A stretch of DNA of 32,000 bases from Bdellovibrionales bacterium (GTDB taxonomy: Bacteria > Bdellovibrionota > Bdellovibrionia > Bdellovibrionales > UBA1609), in contig OZ252021.1 of NCBI GenBank assembly GCA_965247685.1, forward strand, positions 60,001 to 92,000. Reading direction: 5' to 3'. This document shows, in pieces, positions 9,178-16,836 of this stretch. The notes under the pieces are model-generated. The model did not search any database. It was not told the DNA's origin and worked only from the letters and a program-made list of their open reading frames with translations. Numbering within the stretch: the first letter of the stretch is position 1; every line of letters starts with the position of its first letter. The position numbers and the translations under genes are program-made.

Positions 9178-10473
9178 ATGGAATATCCAAAGGATGAACT
9201 GCTCAGCTCCCCTCTTTATAGGGATGTTTTACGGAGTTTAGAAACATCTGCAGAAGTGATGAATGCCAACAAAAATGTTGTAGAAAGACTCAAAAGACCT
9301 CGACGGGCTATTCGTGTATCTGTTCCTGTACGCATGGATGACGATCAAATTCAGATTTTTAACGGCTACCGTGTTCAACATAATCAGACTTTAGGTCCTT
9401 TTAAAGGAGGTATTCGCTATCATAAATCCGTTAATGTGAGTGAACTTGCGGGTCTTGCAGCTCTTATGACTTTTAAAAACTCTCTTCATGGCCTCCCTCT
9501 GGGAGGAGCTAAGGGAGGAGTGCAGGTAGACCCTCATTCTCTTAGTAAATCAGAAATTGAAGCTCTTACTCGACGTTTTACCTCAGAGTTGAGTCCTTTT
9601 ATTGGAACAGATAAAGATATCCCTGCCTCAGATATTGGAACCAACGGAGAAACAATGGCTTGGATGCTCGATGCATACGCTTTAGAAACGGGGTATTCTC
9701 AAATGGGGATTGTGACCGGAAAACCTATTGAAATTGGAGGTTCTCAAGGGCGGGAATCTGCAACAGGGCTGGGGTTGGTGTACGTCGTAGAAAAGGCTCT
9801 TGAAATACAGGATAAGAGTATTGCTAACACAACCTTTGCCGTTCAAGGTTTTGGAAAGGTAGGTCTTCACACCTGTATTGAAGCTCATGCATTGGGTGCT
9901 CGAGTAGTCGCCGTGAGTGATATTTCAGGTGGAGTTTATAACCCTCGAGGGCTCAACATTACTGACCTGATTCAATATACAGAAGAAAACCATTTTATTA
10001 AAGGTTATCCTAAAGCAGACCCCATCAGTAACGAAGACCTTCTTCGGTTGGATGTCGATGTACTTGCCCCTTGCGCTTTAGAAAGAGCTATTAATACAAA
10101 AAATATGAATTCTGTTCGTGCCAAAATGGTGGCAGAGGGTGCAAACGGTCCTACTACTTTTGAGGCCAATCAATATCTCAGTCAAAAAGGAATTTTAGTG
10201 ATTCCTGATATTTTAGCTAACGGCGGCGGTGTTGTGGTCAGCTACTTTGAATGGGTGCAGGATGTGGGATGGTTTTTCTGGACAGAAAGAGAAGTACGAC
10301 AAAAACTAAAAGACATTATGAGACACACTTACGATCGAGTGTGGAAAACATCTGAAGATACATCTTTTACCGATTACAACAAAAAAAATGGAAGAGATTT
10401 AAAATTGTATTCCATGATTTTATCTTTGCAAAGATTAGAAAAAGCGATGAAGCTCAGAGGTCAAGCTTGGTAA
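9178..10473 (+). CDS. gdhA: Glutamate dehydrogenase (Glu/Leu/Phe/Val dehydrogenase family)
   Basis: 431 aa. Motifs GPFKGGIRYH, LPLGGAKGG (catalytic Lys), Rossmann GFGKVG, and ANGP...PDILANGGGV. AAGGA SD upstream of the ATG. Confidence 0.95.
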   Translation: MEYPKDELLSSPLYRDVLRSLETSAEVMNANKNVVERLKRPRRAIRVSVPVRMDDDQIQIFNGYRVQHNQTLGPFKGGIRYHKSVNVSELAGLAALMTFKNSLHGLPLGGAKGGVQVDPHSLSKSEIEALTRRFTSELSPFIGTDKDIPASDIGTNGETMAWMLDAYALETGYSQMGIVTGKPIEIGGSQGRESATGLGLVYVVEKALEIQDKSIANTTFAVQGFGKVGLHTCIEAHALGARVVAVSDISGGVYNPRGLNITDLIQYTEENHFIKGYPKADPISNEDLLRLDVDVLAPCALERAINTKNMNSVRAKMVAEGANGPTTFEANQYLSQKGILVIPDILANGGGVVVSYFEWVQDVGWFFWTEREVRQKLKDIMRHTYDRVWKTSEDTSFTDYNKKNGRDLKLYSMILSLQRLEKAMKLRGQAW

Positions 10474-10483
10474 CCCAAATTGA

Positions 10484-11548
10484 ATGAGCTTAGTGTTGAA
10501 ACTTTTTAATCACTCTAAAAACACATTCAAAGGTATTGTCCAAATATGGAGAAGACCCTACCTCCTGCTTCCATCTTCATGGACGCATAAAATCGTCGTT
10601 CCTATTTTTCTCAAATGGAGAGCCCTCTTTTGCACAAAACAAAATTTTAAATGGAAATCTTTTCAATGGAGATCTTTATTTTTTAATAATCCTTTAGGTC
10701 TTGCTGCCGGAATGGATAAATCTGCAGAGTATATTCAGGGCTGGTCTACTTATGGACCCAGCTTTATCGAAGTCGGAACAGTGACACCTGAAGCTCAAAA
10801 AAGCAATCGAGGCTCGACACTCAAAAAAAGCCTTGCTCATAATTCTTTGTGGAACTATATGGGATTTCCTAATAAGGGAGTAGACTTTGTTCTCCATCAA
10901 TTAAAACACCAAAAACTTGATCTTCCCTTGTTCATTAGCATTGGAAAAAACAGAGACACTCCAATCGAGGAAGCATATAAAGATTATCAATATCTGATAA
11001 AAAAACTGTACCCCTATGCTTCAGCCTTCGTTATTAATATCAGCTCACCTAACACACATCAGCTTCGAAAACTTTTTGAACCAGATTTTTTTAGCCCTTT
11101 CTTAAATGCAGTTAAAGAGAGCCTTCTTTCCATCTCTCCCTCTTCACCTCTTCTATTGAAAATGAACCCTGATCTATCCGATGACCACTTTCTTCAAACA
11201 ATCGATCGGAGTGAAGAATTTGTGGACGGTTGGGTGATTTGCAATACGACTCGCTCGAACAAGCATTGCGGATTTCCTGATCAAGGTGGAATTTCAGGCC
11301 AATTTCTAACTTCTCGCTCTGAGTTTTTATTAGAGAAAACAATTCAACATCTTGGAGCTCAAAGAAAAAAAAGAAAACTCATTATCTCTTCGGGGGGAGT
11401 AATGACTTCTCAAGATGTCCACAAAAGGCTGCTGATTGGAGCGGATTTAGTGCAAGTTTACTCTGCGCTCGTTTTTCAAGGTCCAATGTTTTTTAAAAAA
11501 ATATATAAAGAGCATCCTTTCCATTCAATATCAGAACAACAAATATAA
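10484..11548 (+). CDS. pyrD: Dihydroorotate dehydrogenase (quinone), class 2
   Basis: 354 aa. Motifs NPLGLAAGMDK, FIEVGTVTP, MGFPNKG, NISSPNT (Ser base, class 2), GGISG, SSGGV. It has an N-terminal extension typical of membrane-associated class 2 enzymes. It starts 10 nt after the gdh stop. Confidence 0.9.
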   Translation: MSLVLKLFNHSKNTFKGIVQIWRRPYLLLPSSWTHKIVVPIFLKWRALFCTKQNFKWKSFQWRSLFFNNPLGLAAGMDKSAEYIQGWSTYGPSFIEVGTVTPEAQKSNRGSTLKKSLAHNSLWNYMGFPNKGVDFVLHQLKHQKLDLPLFISIGKNRDTPIEEAYKDYQYLIKKLYPYASAFVINISSPNTHQLRKLFEPDFFSPFLNAVKESLLSISPSSPLLLKMNPDLSDDHFLQTIDRSEEFVDGWVICNTTRSNKHCGFPDQGGISGQFLTSRSEFLLEKTIQHLGAQRKKRKLIISSGGVMTSQDVHKRLLIGADLVQVYSALVFQGPMFFKKIYKEHPFHSISEQQI

Positions 11549-11613
11549 GCCTCGACTTATTTAAAAAATTTATCCACTTGACTTTCATATCCACTTTTAT
11601 TTAGTTTCCTGTT

Positions 11614-11910
11614 GTGTCTCAAAGAAAAATTTTTACTAAGTCTGATCTCATACAAATGGTTTGTAAAAACTACAAGAACCTCACGCATGTTCAAGCGAAA
11701 CGTGTAGTCCAATGTGTTTTCAACTCCATGACTGATGCTATGGCTGATAAAAAAAGAGTGGAAATTAGAGGATTCGGTACATTTGGACTTAAAAGCTATG
11801 ATGCTCGATTAGGGAAGAATCCTCAAACAGGTGAAACTATTCATGTGAAGCCTAAAATCCTGCCTTTTTTCAAAGTAGGCAAACTTCGAAAAAATATTTC
11901 CAAAAGCTAA
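11614..11910 (+). CDS. ihfB: Integration host factor beta-like / HU-family DNA-binding protein
   Basis: 98 aa, GTG start. TKSDLI N-terminus and RVEIRGFGTFGLKSYDARLGKNPQTGETI...PFFKVGK match the IHF-beta arm motif (R.EIRGFG...GRNP.TG). Confidence 0.8.
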   Translation: MSQRKIFTKSDLIQMVCKNYKNLTHVQAKRVVQCVFNSMTDAMADKKRVEIRGFGTFGLKSYDARLGKNPQTGETIHVKPKILPFFKVGKLRKNISKS

Positions 11911-12071
11911 AAATACAATTTTCAAACATGACATTCCGTTATGCTTGAGTAACAATATGTATTATTTTCACACATTTAAGGCTGATATAAGTTTTCATTT
12001 AGTCAAAAGTCTAGCTTAAAAGCTATGACCTCTTTCCATAAAAGGTAAAATAGGGGTAAAATTTCAACAAT

Positions 12072-12794
12072 ATGAAAATTTACAAACTTGTTATTTATAT
12101 TTCGTGGATCTTTGCCTTTGCATCCTGCTCTGGCTCAGGCATCAGAACTCAACTAGCTAGTGAATCACTTGTTGAACAAAGAGTTTTTTGCAACCCTATT
12201 AAAGAAAATGGCTTCGACGGCATACTTGCTGTCAATACCAATGAGAACAACTGGATACATCAGACAGAATCTACGATTCTTCAGTTTAAAGATGTTCCTG
12301 ATCATTTTAAAAGTATAGATCATTCTTACATTCAACTTTTTTCTTTCAGCTACCAAAAAAATAAAATGTTGAGAGCGACAAAGCCTCTGGAAATAGATGT
12401 TTATAATCTCGATACTCATACCCTTGTACAAACTGTTGAATATATCGACCATAACCTCATTAATAGAGGTGATGACAATGTAGATGAATTCTTCTTTGAT
12501 CATATTTTTGTCATTAAAGATACGGTTGGCTGGCAAGGTCTCCTTTTGGGCTTATTCAACGACATTGATAAACCTATCATTCCTCTAAGCAAAATTTTAA
12601 ATCCGCCTTTTGATGCTAATCCTCATGTTTATATGAGCCGTCACGTAGATAATCCCCAACTCTCAGATTTGCATCCCTTTCGTACTTTCTTGACCACAAC
12701 AGAAGAAGATGATCCTCTTTTCTTATCTAAGGCCCTAGATGCTTGTTTGAGCCTTTCGGGTGTCTCTTTTGATTTTTACACCCAGTCCATATAA
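12072..12794 (+). CDS. Hypothetical lipoprotein
   Basis: 240 aa. Signal peptide with lipobox AFAS|C (MKIYKLVIYISWIFAFASCSGSG). I recognise no family motif. Confidence 0.6.
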   Translation: MKIYKLVIYISWIFAFASCSGSGIRTQLASESLVEQRVFCNPIKENGFDGILAVNTNENNWIHQTESTILQFKDVPDHFKSIDHSYIQLFSFSYQKNKMLRATKPLEIDVYNLDTHTLVQTVEYIDHNLINRGDDNVDEFFFDHIFVIKDTVGWQGLLLGLFNDIDKPIIPLSKILNPPFDANPHVYMSRHVDNPQLSDLHPFRTFLTTTEEDDPLFLSKALDACLSLSGVSFDFYTQSI

Positions 12795-12926
12795 AATTTA
12801 TTGTAAGCCATATTACCATCGGACCTTTTACATAGGTCTATAATTTTATGTGTCAATCACACTTTTCTTGTCCTTAATAAAAATAGTTATCAATATATTA
12901 TTATACCTATTCAAAGGAGGCATACT

Positions 12927-13241
12927 GTGATCGAGATTAAAGAAATAGATTTACATGCTATGGAAATTTTTCTTAATCAATCAACTCGCGGGCATCATTT
13001 GTTATTTGACAGACATCAAGTAGCCCGCATCTTAAGCACACCTACTGAGCAAATTGATTTTTTTAATAACGACAGCATTCCCCGAATACAAAGCCTGATG
13101 ACAGGACTGATCTCTAAGAAAAGCCTGCGGGGCAAAAGAAGATACCTACAATCTCTAGATGAAAAAGATTTTGAAATTTTGCTCAGAACTTACTTTCATA
13201 TAGTGGATAATGCTTTAGCCAATATTAGCAATATACACTAA
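12927..13241 (+). CDS. Hypothetical small cytoplasmic protein (104 aa)
   Basis: GTG start preceded by a strong SD AAAGGAGG with a 7-nt spacer. No signal peptide and no recognisable motif. Confidence 0.55.
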   Translation: MIEIKEIDLHAMEIFLNQSTRGHHLLFDRHQVARILSTPTEQIDFFNNDSIPRIQSLMTGLISKKSLRGKRRYLQSLDEKDFEILLRTYFHIVDNALANISNIH

Positions 13242-13249
13242 TGCTGTCT

Positions 13250-13468
13250 TTATCGTTCTAAAGCACTTTGAACTTCATCAACCATAAAGCTCAACTGAGA
13301 TACTTTACCCTTGAGCTGAGATAAATTTTTTTGAAATTGGTTAAAACCATAAAGTTCATCCATAAAAGCATCAAAGCTTTCTTCCACCTGTACAGCCACA
13401 GAGCCTTCGGTTATAGATGCAAAATTCCAACTGTTATCTATCAAATTTTCGTTCTTAAACTTCTTCAT
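13250..13468 (-). CDS. Hypothetical small acidic protein (72 aa)
   Basis: ATG ORF with its own promoter-like element upstream and a GAGGGA SD-like motif 11 nt before the ATG. It looks helical or amphipathic by eye. No signal peptide. Confidence 0.45.
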   Translation of the reverse strand: MKKFKNENLIDNSWNFASITEGSVAVQVEESFDAFMDELYGFNQFQKNLSQLKGKVSQLSFMVDEVQSALER

Positions 13469-13494
13469 GGTTTTATCTATCCCTCAATCAAAAA

Positions 13495-13522
13495 TTCTAA
13501 CCCAAACCCAGACCTTTGCAAT
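13495..13522 (-). promoter_or_regulatory. Putative sigma70-type promoter for the 72-aa ORF (TTGCAA-16 nt-TAGAAT)
   Basis: On the minus strand, -35 TTGCAA is at 13522-13517 and -10 TAGAAT at 13500-13495. This sits about 26 nt upstream of the ATG at 13468. Confidence 0.4.
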
Positions 13523-13556
13523 ATTAAAAATCATTAAAAACTGTGAAAAATTTACA

Positions 13557-14396
13557 CTATTTTCCATAACCACATAATAATGAATCTAGCTCAATCCTTC
13601 TAAGCCCTCTTCTTTTGACACCTAGTCCTAAAGAGTTCTTCATAATACTTCCATTTGTATTATTGTGCCCTAGAGCTAAAACATGCCCCAATTCATGAGA
13701 GATCAAGCTTTCAAAATCCACCATGTGGCGAGGAATAGAGCCCCTTTCTGATGCTGGCTCTCTTTCTACGGTAATTGCTGCAAAGAAGAAATCAAGAATG
13801 GCCTGCCAAAACTTTTTAATAAAAGAGACAGGAGCTCCGTAGCTTGCAAGCCCTCTATGAGTTTGAGATGCTAAATTCAAACCATCTCCTCCATCTTTAA
13901 AATAGTATTCGTAGTCGTCCGTATTAATAAATACATCTGCTTCTGCAACATCCGAAAACCCTCTTCCTTTAATACTCGTGACACCTTGTTGAACACTTTT
14001 TAAAAAACATCTCGCACCTTGATTGCCGTCACAGTTTCTATTTTGATAAGAGTCAATAATAGTTAAAGAATTGAGATTGTCATCTTCAACCTGCTTTGCG
14101 CTTTCATAGTCCACACTTCCCAGAACTCGAAATAAGTCTTTATCCTGACCAGCTACCCTCCATATTTGGTTCCATTCATTGATCACCTTCATAGTCGTAT
14201 GCTGAGCATCTTCATGATAGAATCTAGAATGAAAAGTGAGCTCTACAGGCAGTCGACTCCACCTATGCCCTATTCCAAAGGGACTGACACTAAAATTACA
14301 CTCATCTAAGGCCGAACTGTTATAGCGAGGTGGCATTTGTAAACAGCTCGATAGAAAAATGAAATTAAAAATAGCAAAAAATAAAATTTGAATCAT
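13557..14396 (-). CDS. Lipoprotein zinc metalloprotease, metzincin (matrixin-like)
   Basis: 279 aa. Lipobox FLSS|C, metzincin motif HELGHVLALGH (HExxHxxGxxH) and a downstream Met-turn candidate GSIM. ATGA overlap with the upstream ORF (14393-14396). Confidence 0.8.
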   Translation of the reverse strand: MIQILFFAIFNFIFLSSCLQMPPRYNSSALDECNFSVSPFGIGHRWSRLPVELTFHSRFYHEDAQHTTMKVINEWNQIWRVAGQDKDLFRVLGSVDYESAKQVEDDNLNSLTIIDSYQNRNCDGNQGARCFLKSVQQGVTSIKGRGFSDVAEADVFINTDDYEYYFKDGGDGLNLASQTHRGLASYGAPVSFIKKFWQAILDFFFAAITVEREPASERGSIPRHMVDFESLISHELGHVLALGHNNTNGSIMKNSLGLGVKRRGLRRIELDSLLCGYGK

Positions 14397-15073
14397 CTTT
14401 TGATCTCTTCAACATTCAATGAAATCATGTTTCCTTGTTGATCTTCCTCAATATGCAACAAAAACTGATTAGATTGAAATGTGAGAGTTATAATTCCTTC
14501 ACCTTCTTCTTCGTTGATTTTTTGAATCACGTTCAAAGAAAAGAAAAAAGGTTCATACTTTTGAAAAAACTGTTGATAGCTTGAGATAAACAACGGCTCG
14601 CCATCAGGCTTCAGTTCAACAGCTATCACATGATCGTAGTTGTTAAAAGAAACATAATAAGGGTGAAGCGCTTCATATTCCAGTCGATCTTTGAGTTCGA
14701 CTGTCTTGGCTCCCAAAGACTGAAGATCTCTTTCACCGCCTCTTAATTGATTCAGCATTTCTTGATCTTTTTCCACCTGAGGTTCGATCATTTCTGGCTC
14801 TGGCATAGAAGCAAGGTATCGGTCATCTTCATTTCGCACCTGAGTGACAAAGAGAGCCCCTAAAACAAGCATCAAAATCGCTACAGCTCCGTATCCGTAC
14901 CGCATTTCCGAACGGCTGTTACTGTTGTCCTCATTATTAGCTTGTGAAACACCTGGAAGATAGGCCACATTATCACCGGAAGCGATTTGGCCTTGTTCAG
15001 ATCTCCTCCAGTGACCATTGACTAAAGCCTTAGGAGTAATCAAGTTCCCATCTTTTTTATAAATATATGTCAT
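14393..15073 (-). CDS. Hypothetical single-pass membrane protein
   Basis: One TM helix (YGYGAVAILMLVLGALFVTQV), an N-terminal region of about 75 aa and a C-terminal acidic domain of about 145 aa. The ORF track starts at GTG 15082. The ATG at 15073 is preceded by GGTGATC (the SD 3' half) with a 3-nt spacer, so I prefer it. Confidence 0.6.
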   Translation of the reverse strand: MTYIYKKDGNLITPKALVNGHWRRSEQGQIASGDNVAYLPGVSQANNEDNSNSRSEMRYGYGAVAILMLVLGALFVTQVRNEDDRYLASMPEPEMIEPQVEKDQEMLNQLRGGERDLQSLGAKTVELKDRLEYEALHPYYVSFNNYDHVIAVELKPDGEPLFISSYQQFFQKYEPFFFSLNVIQKINEEEGEGIITLTFQSNQFLLHIEEDQQGNMISLNVEEIKR

Positions 15074-15197
15074 TGTGATCACCGTCTTTATAATTCACTC
15101 TTCGGGAAAAAATATATGAAACTTAAGCCTGCTTCAGATGCTTTTTTCTGAAAATAAAGCCTGTTTTGCCCTTTCATTTTTCAATTGCAGGAGTGAA

Positions 15198-15227
15198 TTG
15201 TCTCAATTCGCCTCATGGTGATACAAT
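15198..15227 (+). promoter_or_regulatory. Putative extended -10 promoter of the TPR gene (TTGTCT-18 nt-TGaTACAAT)
   Basis: -35 TTGTCT at 15198-15203, TG at 15219-15220, and -10 TACAAT at 15222-15227. The predicted TSS is about 15234. That leaves a roughly 20-nt leader carrying AAGGA ahead of the ATG at 15255. Confidence 0.4.
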
Positions 15228-15254
15228 GACAGAATGAGACTAAAGGAAAATATT

Positions 15255-16394
15255 ATGAAGCTTATTTTATCTCTTCTATTCACCGCCTTTAGTTTTGCAG
15301 AAGAAACCTCTCTAAAAGAATTAGAGTCCCTTACTCAGGGCCTCCATACACTTCCCTCCATTTTCACGCAGTCTCCAAAGCAAAATGTCACTTTAGATGA
15401 CACGAGCAAGAAAGAAATATTAAAAAATCAAGCAGATGCAAAGACTTTAAAAATACTCAATGAACAGTATAAAAAGAGTCAAAAATACTTGGATCAACTG
15501 CAAATTTTGGATCTTCTGATGCCTCGAGCTCCTCAAGATATTTCATTAAAATTAGACTATATTGAAGCTCAAAAAAGAGTGTATTACCACCCTCAACCCA
15601 CATTAAAGAAAAAAGATGAACTCGAAAAGGAACTCAAAAACATTATAAAAACTCACCCTAACCACGAAGATGCATACTGGAGCTTATTTGATCTCAATCA
15701 CTACTATATTGAATGGGCTCAAAATACTGAATTTTACAACAAAGATTTTGCTTTACAAAATTTAGAGTTTATCAAAGTGATTCAAAAACGATTTGGAGAA
15801 ACCAATAAAACAGCAAAATATTTATGTCAATACCTCATAAGAAACCACCTGTACCAAGAAGCCCATCCATCTTGCCAAAAAGCCAAGAATTTAAACCCTA
15901 AAAATCCCGAAACATTGATTTATACTGATTATTTATTGAACAACCAAAACAAAAAATCACTGCTCAAAATATTAAAAAAACACCCTCATTCGGTCAAAGT
16001 GTATCTCGTTGTCGGTGAGCTTTTTTTCGATCAAGAAAAATACTCTTTATCTTATAAATATTTCAAAAAAGCCTTATCACTCGACTCTCAATCTCTATCT
16101 GCAATATTAGGAGCAGCTCAATCCTTATTTTATGAAGATAAACCCAATGAGGCTCTTCTTTATTATGTGAAAGCTTGTGGCTTAAGTGTATTAAAAACTC
16201 GTAATCTTTTCCAAAAAGCCAAATCTATTTTGAATCAAAAGAATTTATTTGATATAGCCAGTCGCTATCAAGCTCAACTGAATTACTGTGTGAACGGCAT
16301 CACAGGAAACTCTTTAAAATACAGTTTTCTTGAGCAATTTCACAACTCCATTCTTATAAATTTTGAAAATTATATTTTTCTTAAGCAATCTTAA
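15255..16394 (+). CDS. Secreted TPR-like repeat protein
   Basis: Start moved to Met8 of the track ORF. This start has an AAGGA SD and is followed at once by a signal peptide MKLILSLLFTAFSFA|EE. The body is helical-repeat rich with TPR-like A/Y/L patterns (e.g. YKYFKKALSLDSQS, ALLYYVKAC). Confidence 0.7.
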   Translation: MKLILSLLFTAFSFAEETSLKELESLTQGLHTLPSIFTQSPKQNVTLDDTSKKEILKNQADAKTLKILNEQYKKSQKYLDQLQILDLLMPRAPQDISLKLDYIEAQKRVYYHPQPTLKKKDELEKELKNIIKTHPNHEDAYWSLFDLNHYYIEWAQNTEFYNKDFALQNLEFIKVIQKRFGETNKTAKYLCQYLIRNHLYQEAHPSCQKAKNLNPKNPETLIYTDYLLNNQNKKSLLKILKKHPHSVKVYLVVGELFFDQEKYSLSYKYFKKALSLDSQSLSAILGAAQSLFYEDKPNEALLYYVKACGLSVLKTRNLFQKAKSILNQKNLFDIASRYQAQLNYCVNGITGNSLKYSFLEQFHNSILINFENYIFLKQS

Positions 16395-16439
16395 TAATGA
16401 ACCGAAGAGGTTATTACGCAATCGAAAAGGGAAGAGATT

Positions 16440-16814
16440 ATGGATAAATTTTTTGTTATAGGCTCAAATCCTAAAGTACTCAAAGAAGTTCAAAATTGGG
16501 CTTCTAAAAAGCAATACAATGTGGAATGCTACACTGATAGAGAGTGGAATGAGATTGAAAAAAAAGTTGTCCCTATCCGACCCTATTTACTGCCTGCGGG
16601 GGCGAGTCCTTCAGGGACGGTATCTCTCAAAGAGATCGAGTCTCAAACTATATCTTCCGTCCTCATGTCTGTGAAAGGAAACATATCTAAAGTTTCTCAG
16701 ATACTCAAAGTTGGAAGAGCAACACTTTATAGAAAGATCAAAGAGTATAATATTGATTTAGAAAAAATCAGATACGAGGAAAGTAAAGAAAATCAAAAAA
16801 TTAAAATTGCTTGA
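16440..16814 (+). CDS. Small Fis-family HTH (HTH_8) DNA-binding protein
   Basis: 124 aa. The C-terminus IESQTISSVLMSVKGNISKVSQILKVGRATLYRKIKEYNI matches the Fis/NtrC-type HTH (G.sr.TLYRKik.y.i). Confidence 0.7.
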   Translation: MDKFFVIGSNPKVLKEVQNWASKKQYNVECYTDREWNEIEKKVVPIRPYLLPAGASPSGTVSLKEIESQTISSVLMSVKGNISKVSQILKVGRATLYRKIKEYNIDLEKIRYEESKENQKIKIA

Positions 16815-16836
16815 TTTTACCCTCCATGCGAATTCT

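Noticed and set aside
12165-12536. 123-aa antisense ORF inside the 240-aa lipoprotein gene, unusually long for AT-rich DNA
   Set aside because: The plus-strand ORF is twice as long and begins with a proper signal peptide and lipobox. The antisense product has no start-site support or motif. It cannot be fully excluded without expression data.
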